NCBI GenBank assembly: GCA_040389385.1
Contig: JAZKAA010000003.1
Span: 39,295-103,294 of the forward strand
Direction of reading: 5' to 3'
DNA length: 64,000 nucleotides
DNA from: Patescibacteria group bacterium
GTDB taxonomy: Bacteria > Patescibacteriota > Minisyncoccia > Phycocordibacterales > SBAW01
Both the position numbers and the translations under genes were made by a program. Within the stretch, counting starts at the first letter, position 1; each line of letters starts with the position of its first letter. A model generated the notes under the pieces. The model did not search any database. It was not told the DNA's origin and was given only the letters and a program-made list of their open reading frames with translations. Shown here in pieces: positions 9,489 through 21,674 of the stretch.

Positions 9489-10322
9489 GTGCTAAAGAAA
9501 AAGGTTATAGCTATCGTCGGGCCTACTGGCTCGGGCAAGTCGAGCTTGGGCGCGTATCTTGCCCATAATCTGGGCGGAGAGATTATTGCCGCTGACTCCA
9601 GACAGGCATACCGCGGCATGCGGGTTATATCGCGCGCCGACAAAGCCCACATGGTGGGCGTGGCCGACCCACGCCGGCAATTTAGTGCTGGCGAGTATGT
9701 AAAGGCTTGTTCCAGTGTTTTGCAAAAGACTAGAATACCAATTGTCGTTGGGGGTACCGGGTTTTATATAGACACATTGCTTGGGCGCATGGCTATGCCC
9801 GAGGTTGCTCCAAATAAGAAATTACGAGAGCAACTAGAACAACTAACAACAAGACAAATAGCCGCAAGGCTCAAAAAACTCGATCCTGCGAGCGCAAAGC
9901 GCGTTGACCTCAAAAACAGACCGCGCATAGTCCGCGCAATCGAAATAGCAAAAGCGCTAGGCAAGGTCCCCGCCCCTGCCCTCTCAACGCAATACAACGT
10001 GTTGTGGCTGGGGCTCAAAGAGCAGAAAAATCTTACAGCGGGCGTCGAGGCACGGCTCAAAGCAGGTATGGTCGCCGAGGCCAAAAAGCTCCGGTCTACC
10101 CTCTCCAAAAAGCGCTACGCTGAACTCGGGTTTGAGTTTGCATTGCTTGCAGATTATTTGGACGGAAAGTTAGCAAGGACTACCCTTGCTAAAGAGCTTG
10201 TACGAGGCGAGCAAAAATATGCCAAGCGCCAATGGCGCTGGTTTAAACGCAACAAAGACATCTATTGGATCAAAAACAAAAGTGAGGCTCTACGTCTGGC
10301 GAAAGGCTTCCTTTCGCGCTAA
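9489..10322 (+). CDS. miaA: tRNA dimethylallyltransferase
   Basis: GPTGSGKS, ADSRQ, VVGGTGFY, YAKRQ..WF. Confidence 0.95.
   Translation: MLKKKVIAIVGPTGSGKSSLGAYLAHNLGGEIIAADSRQAYRGMRVISRADKAHMVGVADPRRQFSAGEYVKACSSVLQKTRIPIVVGGTGFYIDTLLGRMAMPEVAPNKKLREQLEQLTTRQIAARLKKLDPASAKRVDLKNRPRIVRAIEIAKALGKVPAPALSTQYNVLWLGLKEQKNLTAGVEARLKAGMVAEAKKLRSTLSKKRYAELGFEFALLADYLDGKLARTTLAKELVRGEQKYAKRQWRWFKRNKDIYWIKNKSEALRLAKGFLSR
9709..9736. repeat. 28-bp TTTTGCAAAA-centred palindrome inside miaA
   Basis: GTTCCAGTGTTTTGCAAAAGACTAGAAT; matches copies at 32260, 32532, 33713, 54298. Confidence 0.75.
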
Positions 10323-10335
10323 GATAAACGCGTTT

Positions 10336-10406
10336 GGGCGATTGGTGAAATGGTATCACAACGGTCTCCAAAACCGTTAGTGGAGGTTCGATTCCTCCAT
10401 CGCCCG
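10336..10406 (+). tRNA. tRNA-Trp(CCA)
   Basis: Cloverleaf, anticodon loop CT-CCA-AA. Confidence 0.93.
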
Positions 10407-10427
10407 CTACGATATAAAAAGACCGCC

Positions 10428-10865
10428 TTAGTGGCGGTCGCAACACTGCTTCATCAAAGGTTTGAGTATCCCGACAACGCATTCGGGCAACTCATCCACA
10501 TATTTAGGCAAGCGGTGCTCGCTGACGGTCATGCCAAAGGTAACGATGCTCTCGGCATTGTCCGGAATCCAGAGGACCGAGCGCCGTACGACGCAACGGT
10601 CCGGACTGCGGTAGGTGAGCGTCACGAGTATCGAAATCCTGTCGTTTGATGCCTCGATGCTCACCCAGCGACCGACTTTGCAACCGGGATACTGCCCTTG
10701 TAATGCATCTATCAGCCTGAGCGGCAGTATCCGGTCATACAACTTCTGGACTTTTTCTTTGCTGTAGTCGCATGGCCAGCTCGACGGCATTTCACTCACA
10801 ACCTTGAAGAATGACTTTGTAGGCAAGCGGTCATCAGCCGCCTGTACATGCTGCGTGGCATGCAT
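10428..10865 (-). CDS. Hypothetical protein (accessory cassette)
   Basis: 145-aa ORF with SD; GACCGC hairpin plus T-run overlaps its stop. Confidence 0.6.
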   Translation of the reverse strand: MHATQHVQAADDRLPTKSFFKVVSEMPSSWPCDYSKEKVQKLYDRILPLRLIDALQGQYPGCKVGRWVSIEASNDRISILVTLTYRSPDRCVVRRSVLWIPDNAESIVTFGMTVSEHRLPKYVDELPECVVGILKPLMKQCCDRH

Positions 10866-10901
10866 TGCAGACCCTCCTCTCCTATTCTGTGCTAAAGGAT
10901 A

Positions 10902-11060
10902 CTACTTCTTGGCCTCTTTGTGCACGGTCGAGGCCCGGCACCAGTTGCAGAACTTTTTAAGCTCTATCTTGCGGGTAACCAGTTTTTTATTTTTGGAACT
11001 CCAGTAGTTAATGCGCTTGCATTTGGAGCACTGCAGTTTTATGAGTCGGTCTTGGGACAT
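10902..11060 (-). CDS. rpmG: 50S ribosomal protein L33
   Basis: Manual translation MSQDRLIKLQCSKCKRINYWSSKNKKLVTRKIELKKFCNWCRASTVHKEAKK. Confidence 0.93.
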   Translation of the reverse strand: MSQDRLIKLQCSKCKRINYWSSKNKKLVTRKIELKKFCNWCRASTVHKEAKK

Positions 11061-11118
11061 ACGTAAAATGCGCCTTGGCGCGTATAGGGAATATACAGGA
11101 TTGCCCTATCCTTGGCAA

Positions 11119-11646
11119 CTAAGGAAGCTTGGTCGCCCCGGGGCAGAAGCTAAACCCAAGACTGGTATTGGCATATGCGGTGCTAACCCACGCCGGCGTG
11201 GTAACCATATATTTGAGGTGGCACATCTCGGTCTGGGTGATACCCAAGTGCTGCATCAAGTACTGCTCCGCCTGCATGCGGGCGCTGCCCAAAGGCTCCT
11301 GCATAAGTGCAATATTAAAGTAATCGGTCGCCGCAATATACTCGATAACATACGGGACCGTAGGCGACGTATTAACTGCTGGGTTGATATAATTTCCTAC
11401 AAAGTAATGCCCTTTGTTGTTAGAGTCCTCTTTTGTCTGAGGGTCCTTTAATATGTCCTTTCGGAGCGAGGTGCCGGTATCGGGATTTATCGCAGGCCTA
11501 CTGTCCGGCAAACCATTTTGTGATGTGGTGTCAGCAGGGGCAGCGGCGGGCGCACCAAGGCCGCCAAAAATAAACATCACGACAACTACCGCTGCAATAA
11601 GTACCGCGACAATAAGGCCAAGGACTATGTATTGGGTTTTATTCAT
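11119..11646 (-). CDS. Membrane-anchored hypothetical protein
   Basis: N-terminal TM helix, C-terminal Cys pair. Confidence 0.75.
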   Translation of the reverse strand: MNKTQYIVLGLIVAVLIAAVVVVMFIFGGLGAPAAAPADTTSQNGLPDSRPAINPDTGTSLRKDILKDPQTKEDSNNKGHYFVGNYINPAVNTSPTVPYVIEYIAATDYFNIALMQEPLGSARMQAEQYLMQHLGITQTEMCHLKYMVTTPAWVSTAYANTSLGFSFCPGATKLP

Positions 11647-11657
11647 ACGCGATCGAA

Positions 11658-13625
11658 TTAATTATTCGCATAATTTTTTACACATGTGCTTGCGGCCGCG
11701 TTCCATGGTTGACCATACGCGGTGCCTCCACATCCTGACGGGGAATTACATGTGCCCGTCCACGGCTGATATGGGTTGTTGGGGTTAGCATTCATCAGCG
11801 CTATGGCCACCTGCTGGTTGCACTGCACGTTATTTTGGGCGGCGGTTATATTTCCTCCAAAATCAGCCGCGGTGCACCCGGACGGAGCGTACTTGGTCCA
11901 ATTGCCTCGCGTAATTTGGAAAGCGCCGCACGCATTGGTATCACTACAGCCTACAGAGTTGCCGGACAGTTCAGTCACGGCTATACACGACATCACATTA
12001 GCTTGCGTTTGCGTCATTCCGAGTCCGGCAAGTGTACCAACATCGCAGTTGGTATTACCGGTCATACATTGAGCGTAACCTCTCGAGCCACCGCTGATCC
12101 CGCCGCCAGGAACCTCCTTCCAATTATCTTCGTTGTTGGGGTTGTTTGGATCAAAGGTGGTGCCGTTTTTTTGACACCAATATTCTTTACCGTCATTTGC
12201 ACATGCGTATCCCGCTCCGCAATTGCCGCAAATATCCCCGCCCACATAGCCTTGATTTTGTCCCGACGTGTATTGAGAGGTGTAGCCGCCCACTGCAACT
12301 CCCGGCTTGCTGGTATCCAAGCCGCCGTTTTGACCAAACACGGAGTTAAATAACTTGTCCAACGAGGTTGTGTTGCCGTTGGGGCCGAGGATTGTGCCGG
12401 CGCGCTGGGCCTTTGAGCAATCGAGCCGATTCCAACTCTGATACTGCTGCGGATTTAAAATAAATTTGAGCATAGTCTGGATAATGAGCCATGCGGAGAT
12501 AGCGATAAGAAAGCCCCAAAACGCAACGCGCAGAGCCGCCTTGGCGCGCTCAATATTGCTTAGGCTCGATGCGGAGGTAAAGTACAAAATGCCCGCCCAT
12601 GCAAACATCAATGCCGCAATGGGTATCGAAAATCCGATGACAAAGTTAATTATTTTTTGCCCGAGAGATGCAAAGTCGCATAGCTGACAATTGAGCCCTG
12701 TACACACTTGCGCGATGCCAGGGCCGGTGCTCCCGTTGGTTGTGGCCGGCGTAACGGTTGTCTGCTGGCCCGGGGTCACGGTGCCCGCGCCGGCCGAGCC
12801 CGGAGTGCCAACCGCGCCCGGGGCACCTACTGACCCGCCTGAGTCGACACCGCCCGGGTCGACAAAGCTCCCGTTGCTGGGGTTAAACGTGATGGGTACC
12901 GAGCACGTGCCCGTGCCGCCGGGGCCGGTAAAGGTGCCTGTATATGTCGTCTGCACATTTGAGGACAAGGAGGTCGGGGGCAATATCCCCTGCTGGCCGC
13001 TCGGGCCTACAGAGCCCAAGCCCGTGATGGTGCCGCCGGTCGCGTCGACACTCTGCCACTTGAGCGTGACGGTTTGGCCGGTGGTGTAAGTGCTTGGGGT
13101 GGCAAAAATTTGGCATGTCGGTTTTTGGACGCCGCTGTTTAGCGTCAGCTGCGCGCCAAATAGAGGCAAGGCGCCGTTGACCACTGCCGACGTGTTGATG
13201 GCGGTGATGTTTATGTCAAAAAACTGGCCCTGATTAGCCGTAAGGTTGCCCGCCACCGTCGCAAACACCACTACCGTGCGAGCCTCGCCTGAAGGGATAG
13301 AAAGCGACAGCGGCACGGTTGCGGTGCCTCCCGACAACGTCGCCGACCCTAGCGTATTGTTTTGAGTATCAACCGCAGTGAGCTTGGTAACAACGCTGTC
13401 GGGGGCTGAGCCCACACGCTGCACTGTAATGCTGCTGATAGTCGCGGCGCTGCTTGCAGTAAAGGTAACCGCCACCGCCGGCAAGTTGGCACCGGGCATA
13501 ACGGTAGCGTTGGGCGGCTGGCCGCCGTTAGGCGTACTGACGCTCACCAACGGCACCGTCTGTGCCATAGCAAGCATCGGGGCCAAATATGCAACGACCA
13601 ACACAAGGGCAAAGACCCGCTTCAT
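11658..13625 (-). CDS. Large exported protein: beta-rich N-terminal domains, pilin-like TM hairpin, Cys-rich lysozyme/transglycosylase-like C-terminus
   Basis: Signal peptide; segment IPIAALMFAWAG..IERAKAALRVAFWG resembles the pilins at 26-27 kb; IAVTELSG...GAFQI resembles SLT motifs. Confidence 0.65.
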   Translation of the reverse strand: MKRVFALVLVVAYLAPMLAMAQTVPLVSVSTPNGGQPPNATVMPGANLPAVAVTFTASSAATISSITVQRVGSAPDSVVTKLTAVDTQNNTLGSATLSGGTATVPLSLSIPSGEARTVVVFATVAGNLTANQGQFFDINITAINTSAVVNGALPLFGAQLTLNSGVQKPTCQIFATPSTYTTGQTVTLKWQSVDATGGTITGLGSVGPSGQQGILPPTSLSSNVQTTYTGTFTGPGGTGTCSVPITFNPSNGSFVDPGGVDSGGSVGAPGAVGTPGSAGAGTVTPGQQTTVTPATTNGSTGPGIAQVCTGLNCQLCDFASLGQKIINFVIGFSIPIAALMFAWAGILYFTSASSLSNIERAKAALRVAFWGFLIAISAWLIIQTMLKFILNPQQYQSWNRLDCSKAQRAGTILGPNGNTTSLDKLFNSVFGQNGGLDTSKPGVAVGGYTSQYTSGQNQGYVGGDICGNCGAGYACANDGKEYWCQKNGTTFDPNNPNNEDNWKEVPGGGISGGSRGYAQCMTGNTNCDVGTLAGLGMTQTQANVMSCIAVTELSGNSVGCSDTNACGAFQITRGNWTKYAPSGCTAADFGGNITAAQNNVQCNQQVAIALMNANPNNPYQPWTGTCNSPSGCGGTAYGQPWNAAASTCVKNYANN

Positions 13626-13667
13626 ACGGTAATTGTAACCCCTAATTTTTCTGTCTAGCTCTACTTC

Positions 13668-13754
13668 TGGTGCGCCGGGTAGGATTCGAACCTACGTAGC
13701 CACAAGGGCGACTGGTTTACAGCCAGTTGCGATTGACCACTCCGCCACCGACGC
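13668..13754 (-). tRNA. tRNA-Tyr(GTA)
   Basis: Cloverleaf, CT-GTA-AA loop, long variable arm, encoded CCA. Confidence 0.95.
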
Positions 13755-13838
13755 ATGGAGAACTGCTCTAGAATAGCGCAAATTGCCCAATTTTTAAAGT
13801 GTGGTACATTCCCATCAAACCTGTACACGGAGGGTGCA

Positions 13839-14162
13839 ATGTCCGATTATGCCGGCACTGACCTCCTGTTCTTCACGGAACCGAAGGTAACCAAATACCC
13901 TTTCCCAATCGAGGTCCCCGCCCTTGCCGGAAAATTTATGGTCCAGGGCTTGGCTATAGCTCCCAAAGAACACTATCCATACTACTTCTATCTGTATCCC
14001 TCCGGCATTTGGCGGGATGTTGCACAAACAGAGAACCAAACAGCATATTACGATACCGAAGCGTCAGCAAAAAGGAGCCTTCTGCAGGCAAGAATATCTC
14101 GACACCCAGAATGGGAGCGTGACGCGGACGAAAGCAAGATTATAATGAGCTACAGAGATTGA
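13839..14162 (+). CDS. Hypothetical protein (accessory cassette)
   Basis: GGAGGG SD before the ATG at 13839; terminator directly after the stop. Confidence 0.6.
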   Translation: MSDYAGTDLLFFTEPKVTKYPFPIEVPALAGKFMVQGLAIAPKEHYPYYFYLYPSGIWRDVAQTENQTAYYDTEASAKRSLLQARISRHPEWERDADESKIIMSYRD

Positions 14163-14190
14163 GCCCCAGCCTTGTGCCGGGGCTTTTTTA
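14162..14190 (+). terminator. Intrinsic terminator
   Basis: AGCCCCAGC-cttgt-GCCGGGGCT followed by TTTTT. Confidence 0.7.
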
Positions 14191-14204
14191 TTACGTACTT
14201 TTAG

Positions 14205-16916
<2,712 letters not shown>

Positions 16917-16938
16917 AGTGCGATTTATAACTACACGG

Positions 16939-17742
16939 CTAAGAAGAAGATTTCTTGGTGGGGGCTACAGGAGTCGGACTGGGCGCCGGCATAGCGGGGA
17001 CACTGTAATAATCGGCCCCTTGTGCGATAGAGTCGCCGGTCATAATTCCGACAACCTCGCCAAAGAGATTGAGCAGGACCGAGCCCGGTGTGGCTGATGG
17101 TACGGAGGCCTCGATGAGCCCTCCGTGAGGCAAACTCGCAACGACACCGGTATTGACCGTGTCGGCACCGGTGCCGCCGATGCGGATGACGGAGCTGCCG
17201 AGTTTTACTTTCGACGGGTCGGCAATGGTTGCCGGCGCCCAGCCGGTGGTGGTCCCTACTGCCAGGCTAAGTACAAGCGTGTCCGTACTAGTGGCCTGGT
17301 CTTTGGGTATCATCACATCAACGAGCTCGCCGCCGGGAAGTATTGCCAGAAAAGTCTTGGCGCCGGATGCATAGACAGCAGTGCGGTCGGTCAGCGCCAA
17401 ACCTGTTTTGTCGACGATGATGCCGCGGGCCACAAGCGTGTCTGGGTCGGCCGCATCCACGATGCGTACCATCGCCTTTTGTACGAGGCTAATGGACTGC
17501 GCCGTCAGGTCGTCCTCTTTAACCACCACGGTGTGCTCGGTTGCAACCGCCGCAGGGTTTGCCGCAGGCGCAGACACGGTCTCTACCGTGCGCTCTACTA
17601 TCTGGTTGATTGTGCGCGATACGGAAGGGGGTGCCTGATCCATAAGCGACACCGTAACAATGCCCGTCGCGATGGACGTAACAAAGCTCACAAGGAGCGT
17701 CAGGAGAACGATTTGATGCTTATTCAAATGCTCCAGGTCCAT
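16939..17742 (-). CDS. Membrane-anchored trypsin-like (S1C) protease homologue, apparently lacking catalytic residues
   Basis: TM anchor; [12 protein letters not shown] and [11 protein letters not shown] resemble HtrA, but TNxH and GNSGG are absent. Confidence 0.7.
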   Translation of the reverse strand: MDLEHLNKHQIVLLTLLVSFVTSIATGIVTVSLMDQAPPSVSRTINQIVERTVETVSAPAANPAAVATEHTVVVKEDDLTAQSISLVQKAMVRIVDAADPDTLVARGIIVDKTGLALTDRTAVYASGAKTFLAILPGGELVDVMIPKDQATSTDTLVLSLAVGTTTGWAPATIADPSKVKLGSSVIRIGGTGADTVNTGVVASLPHGGLIEASVPSATPGSVLLNLFGEVVGIMTGDSIAQGADYYSVPAMPAPSPTPVAPTKKSSS

Positions 17743-17807
17743 ATAGACATTATATCGTATGTGTACCAAAAAGAAAAACCGCCGAGCTACAAGCTAGGCG
17801 GAATGAT

Positions 17808-18386
17808 TCAGGCAAGAACAGGCGGATATATTTTGATTATCGGGCGCCAGCGGGACTGCACAACCATACAGACTGCCAGCAACATAAGGCCCACAAATCG
17901 CTCGCCTCCAAAGGCTCCGTACGCGCCGCCAAATACAGCCATTGGCAACAGCATTTCCCAGTCAAACCTGCTCCAAACACCGGAAAATCTGACCCCGGGC
18001 TGCATCTCCTGAAAGATGCGCAGAATGGCGGCAACAAATGCCGCACACCCCGCCAAGCCCCAGATGCTTACTGCAAAGAACGGGTAGAGCTGCGGAGGCA
18101 GCGGAACCGGCCAGTAGGGCGGGTCCATGAAGAAGAGACCGTTGTTCCAGACATATCCCGCCACGCCGGCAAGCACAGCCGACAACAACGCCAGAAGCGA
18201 ACTGGGCCAGTAGCCTGCGATCTCGTGGAAGAATGCAAAAAGAACGAGGATGGACAGTATGCCGACCACAACCGCAGCGAGCAGCAGCCAGTGCGGCCAC
18301 GTTGCATTCAAGACAAAATAAATCGTAATTGCAAAGGTTGCGATTGCCGCACGATAGTTGGCTTCACGTTGAGTGATAGTGTGCAT
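17808..18386 (-). CDS. Multi-TM hypothetical protein (accessory cassette)
   Basis: Hydrophobic ORF, GGGAG SD, hairpin plus T-run downstream at about 17766-17802. Confidence 0.65.
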   Translation of the reverse strand: MHTITQREANYRAAIATFAITIYFVLNATWPHWLLLAAVVVGILSILVLFAFFHEIAGYWPSSLLALLSAVLAGVAGYVWNNGLFFMDPPYWPVPLPPQLYPFFAVSIWGLAGCAAFVAAILRIFQEMQPGVRFSGVWSRFDWEMLLPMAVFGGAYGAFGGERFVGLMLLAVCMVVQSRWRPIIKIYPPVLA

Positions 18387-18445
18387 CGAGCACTCCCGTT
18401 GGATGGGAGCCCGGACGGGCATCCATCTCAAGAATACCGCGCTAC

Positions 18446-19543
18446 TTACTTTTGTCTATAAAGATTAACCACGTTAGCTATCTCTTTTACAATACAGCTA
18501 GTGTCGGTTTTTGTTGCATTGGGCAATAGCGAAATACGGATTGCGCCGCGAGCCAAATTAGGCTCGACGCCGAGCGCGAGGAGGACATGGCTCGGGGCGT
18601 CGTCGCCGGTGTCACACGCGCTGCGCGTGCCTGCGGCTATGCCTGCGGCGTCCAGCGCTATCACGGCCATTTGGCCGTCCAAACCGGGGATAGAAAAGTT
18701 TAAATTATTTGCAACGCGCGGCTCGGGCCCATGCAGCACGGCATCCGGTGCGATTTTTTTTATTTCCTGCCACAGATAGTCGCGCACCTCCCCCACTTTT
18801 TGTACTCGCTCTTTTATATTTGTTTGTGCGTCTTGCAAAGCCACCGCAAACGCCCCAACAAGCGGCACATTTTCTGTCCCGCTGCGCATTCCCCGCTCTT
18901 GCCCGCCTCCATATATAAGGGGGTCTAGCTTGGTACCCCTCTTTATATATATACAGCCCACACCCTTGGGCCCGCCTATCTTTTGGCCGTCCAAGGTCAT
19001 CATGTCGACATGGAGCTTTTCCACCTGTATATCCACCCACAGAGGCGCTTGAGATGCGTCGGCGTGGAGCAGTATGTTTTTGCCGTGTATTTTTTTTGCT
19101 ATGTCAGCAATCGGCTGGATAGTCCCCACCTCGCTATTAACCAACTGGATTGATATTAGCGTTGTCTCCGGCGTTATTGCATCTTTAATATCATCAAACT
19201 CATACAAACGCGTTACTGTTGCGCCACTTTTTTCTAACGGAGCCAAAACAGATGAGTGCTCTATTGCACTTGTAACCACGTGCCCATGCGCATTGTGCAG
19301 GGCAAGATTGTTGGCCTCGGTGCCGCCGGAGGTAAAAATAATTTCGTCCGGGTGCGCACCTATCGCGTCGGCAACTATTTTGCGTGCCTTTTCCAATTCA
19401 TTTTTTGCGGCGACGGCCTCTTTGTGTAGCGCGCCCGGGTTGCCGTACAAGTCTAAAAGGCGCACCAGCTCCGCTTTGGCGCGCGGAAACAGCGGCGTTG
19501 CGGCTGCCGCGTCTGCATAGATGCGTGATTTCTTAAACCACAT
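18446..19543 (-). CDS. iscS: Cysteine desulfurase (IscS/NifS family)
   Basis: IIFTSGGTEANN, QKIGGPKG, RSGTEN, TRSAC. Confidence 0.92.
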   Translation of the reverse strand: MWFKKSRIYADAAAATPLFPRAKAELVRLLDLYGNPGALHKEAVAAKNELEKARKIVADAIGAHPDEIIFTSGGTEANNLALHNAHGHVVTSAIEHSSVLAPLEKSGATVTRLYEFDDIKDAITPETTLISIQLVNSEVGTIQPIADIAKKIHGKNILLHADASQAPLWVDIQVEKLHVDMMTLDGQKIGGPKGVGCIYIKRGTKLDPLIYGGGQERGMRSGTENVPLVGAFAVALQDAQTNIKERVQKVGEVRDYLWQEIKKIAPDAVLHGPEPRVANNLNFSIPGLDGQMAVIALDAAGIAAGTRSACDTGDDAPSHVLLALGVEPNLARGAIRISLLPNATKTDTSCIVKEIANVVNLYRQK

Positions 19544-19550
19544 GACTTGC

Positions 19551-19558
19551 AGTATACT
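19551..19558. promoter_or_regulatory. Bidirectional -10 element AGTATACT serving two divergent leaderless genes
   Basis: TATACT on each strand lies exactly 7 nt before the ATG at 19543(-) and the ATG at 19566(+). Confidence 0.65.
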
Positions 19559-19565
19559 AGTTTGT

Positions 19566-20069
19566 ATGTTGTTAGCTACTGCTTATTTGCAGCTTGTATC
19601 GCCGTATCTTGCGGCGGCTGCGTTGGTGCTTGCGCTCGGATGTCTCGTCTACGCCTTTTTGCTTACACGGCGCCTCAAGCGGCTCGCGCTCGGACGGACC
19701 GGCAGCATCGAGGAGTCGGTCAATATCATCAAGCGAGAGCTGGACGAGCTTAAGACCTTTCGTGTCGAGTTGCAAAAGTACCTCAAGACCGCCGAGGCCC
19801 GTTTGCGTGGCGCAGTAACCGGTATCGGTGTCGTGCGCTTCAACCCGTTTGAGGGCCAAGGCCAAGGCGGCAACCAAAGCGCCGCAGTAGCACTGATGGA
19901 CGAGCGCGGAGTAGGTGTGGTACTGTCGACGCTCTACTCGCGCGACCGCGTGGCGGTCTACGCCAAGCCGATTGATGGAGGAAAGTCGGAGTTTGAGCTG
20001 ACCGCAGAGGAAAAGGCGGCCATCACCAAGGCTAAAGAGGAGATAGCAAAGCTCACCAAGAGCACATAG
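19566..20069 (+). CDS. DUF4446-like membrane-anchored protein
   Basis: TM, coiled coil, GVVRFNPF..GGNQS..YAKPI. Confidence 0.8.
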   Translation: MLLATAYLQLVSPYLAAAALVLALGCLVYAFLLTRRLKRLALGRTGSIEESVNIIKRELDELKTFRVELQKYLKTAEARLRGAVTGIGVVRFNPFEGQGQGGNQSAAVALMDERGVGVVLSTLYSRDRVAVYAKPIDGGKSEFELTAEEKAAITKAKEEIAKLTKST

Positions 20070-20074
20070 AAACC

Positions 20075-21649
20075 ATGGCTAAAAAATCCAACACAGACCC
20101 TGCAACAGTGCCGGGGCCAAGCCAGCCCCCCATAGTCGCTGTCGTGGGCCATATCGACCACGGCAAGTCCACGCTGCTCGACTACATACGCAAGAGCAAT
20201 GTTGCCGAAGGCGAGGCGGGTGGCATCACGCAACACCTCTCCGCATATCAGGCGACGCACAAAAACGCCGCAGGCGAGCATGTGATCACTTTTTTGGACA
20301 CACCGGGACACGAGGCCTTTGCCGCGATGCGCTCGCGCGGCTTGCGCGTGGCCGATGTGGCAATACTTGTTGTCGCGGCCGACGACGGCGCAAAGCCGCA
20401 GACCAAAGAGGCGCTTAGTTTGATAGCAGAAGCCAAGATACCGTACATCGTTGCGTTTACAAAAATAGACAAGCCCGGCGCCAATATCGAGAAGGCAAAA
20501 ATGTCGATGCTTGAGGCGCAGGTGTTTTTGGAGGGACTCGGCGGTGATGTGCCGTGGGTGGGGGTATCGGGCAAGAGCGGCGAGGGCGTCCCCGAGCTGT
20601 TGGACTTGATATTGCTGCAGGCCGAGCTAGAGGGCCTGACATCAGACGCGCTCGCTCCCGGCTCGGGCCTCGTGATAGAGGCGCATGTCGACCAGCGCCG
20701 CGGCAACACCGCGACCATTATCGTGCAGGACGGCACGATTAATAGCGGCGAGTTTGTCGTCTCCGGCGAGGCGCTCGCGCCGGTGCGTATTATGGAAAAC
20801 TTTTTGGGCAAGCCTATTAAGGAGGCCCCGCCCGGTAGCCCCGTGCGCATTGTGGGCTGGAGTGTCTTGCCCGCGGTAGGCGCGAGCGTCAAAACAGTCG
20901 AAACAAAAAAAGAGGCGGAGATAGACGTGGCAGAGGCGCGCCTGCAACGTCCTGTCCAACATGGTCTGGTTGAGGCGAAGACGACCCGAGGACCTGTTGG
21001 CAGCGGTGTTGCAGGCGCGCCCGAAGAGCCTGTAGAGATGGCTGTGTTCCCTCTCATTATCAAAACAGACGTCGCGGGCACGGGCGAGGCGGTGATGCAC
21101 GAGCTGGCCAAACTGCCGACACATGACAACTTGGAGGTGCGCTTTGTTAATCGCGCCGTGGGCACCATCAACGAGGCGGATGTTAAGACCCTTGCAGGCG
21201 GCAGCGCGCCGGGCGTTATCGTCGGCTTTAACGTCAAGGTCGAGCGCGAGGCAAAAGACCTCGCCGAGCGCCAAGGCGTCACTATCGAGACCTTTGACAT
21301 TATTTATAAGCTTGCCGAGTGGCTTGGTGCACGTATAGAAGAGCGCCGTCCGCGCACAAAAGTGGAAATGGTTGTCGGCGCCGCCAAGGTGCTCAAGTTT
21401 TTCTCTGCAACAAAAGGCCGCGTGATTTTGGGCGGCCGCGTTGAGGAGGGTGTACTCAAAGACGGCGCGGAGGTAAAGATACTGCGGCGCGATATAGAGA
21501 TTGGCCGCGGCAAAATCACCTCACTCCAGTCGAGCAAAAAGGATGTCAAAGAGGTCGAGATCGGAAGCGAGTTTGGCGCACAGGTTAAGACAGAGGCGCT
21601 GCCCGCCGCAGGCGACCGGATAGAGGCGTACTTGGTCGAGCAAAAATAG
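20075..21649 (+). CDS. infB: Translation initiation factor IF-2 (short form)
   Basis: GHIDHGKS, EAGGITQH, DTPGHEAF; followed by rbfA. Confidence 0.97.
   Translation: MAKKSNTDPATVPGPSQPPIVAVVGHIDHGKSTLLDYIRKSNVAEGEAGGITQHLSAYQATHKNAAGEHVITFLDTPGHEAFAAMRSRGLRVADVAILVVAADDGAKPQTKEALSLIAEAKIPYIVAFTKIDKPGANIEKAKMSMLEAQVFLEGLGGDVPWVGVSGKSGEGVPELLDLILLQAELEGLTSDALAPGSGLVIEAHVDQRRGNTATIIVQDGTINSGEFVVSGEALAPVRIMENFLGKPIKEAPPGSPVRIVGWSVLPAVGASVKTVETKKEAEIDVAEARLQRPVQHGLVEAKTTRGPVGSGVAGAPEEPVEMAVFPLIIKTDVAGTGEAVMHELAKLPTHDNLEVRFVNRAVGTINEADVKTLAGGSAPGVIVGFNVKVEREAKDLAERQGVTIETFDIIYKLAEWLGARIEERRPRTKVEMVVGAAKVLKFFSATKGRVILGGRVEEGVLKDGAEVKILRRDIEIGRGKITSLQSSKKDVKEVEIGSEFGAQVKTEALPAAGDRIEAYLVEQK
20935..21021. 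repeat. 87-bp hairpin in frame within infB
   Basis: 14-bp perfect terminal inverted repeat GGCGCGCCTGCAAC/GTTGCAGGCGCGCC plus inner CCAACA/TGTTGG and GGTC/GACC stems. Confidence 0.75.
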
Positions 21650-21674
21650 TTCGACATGACTCACCACAAGTAAC

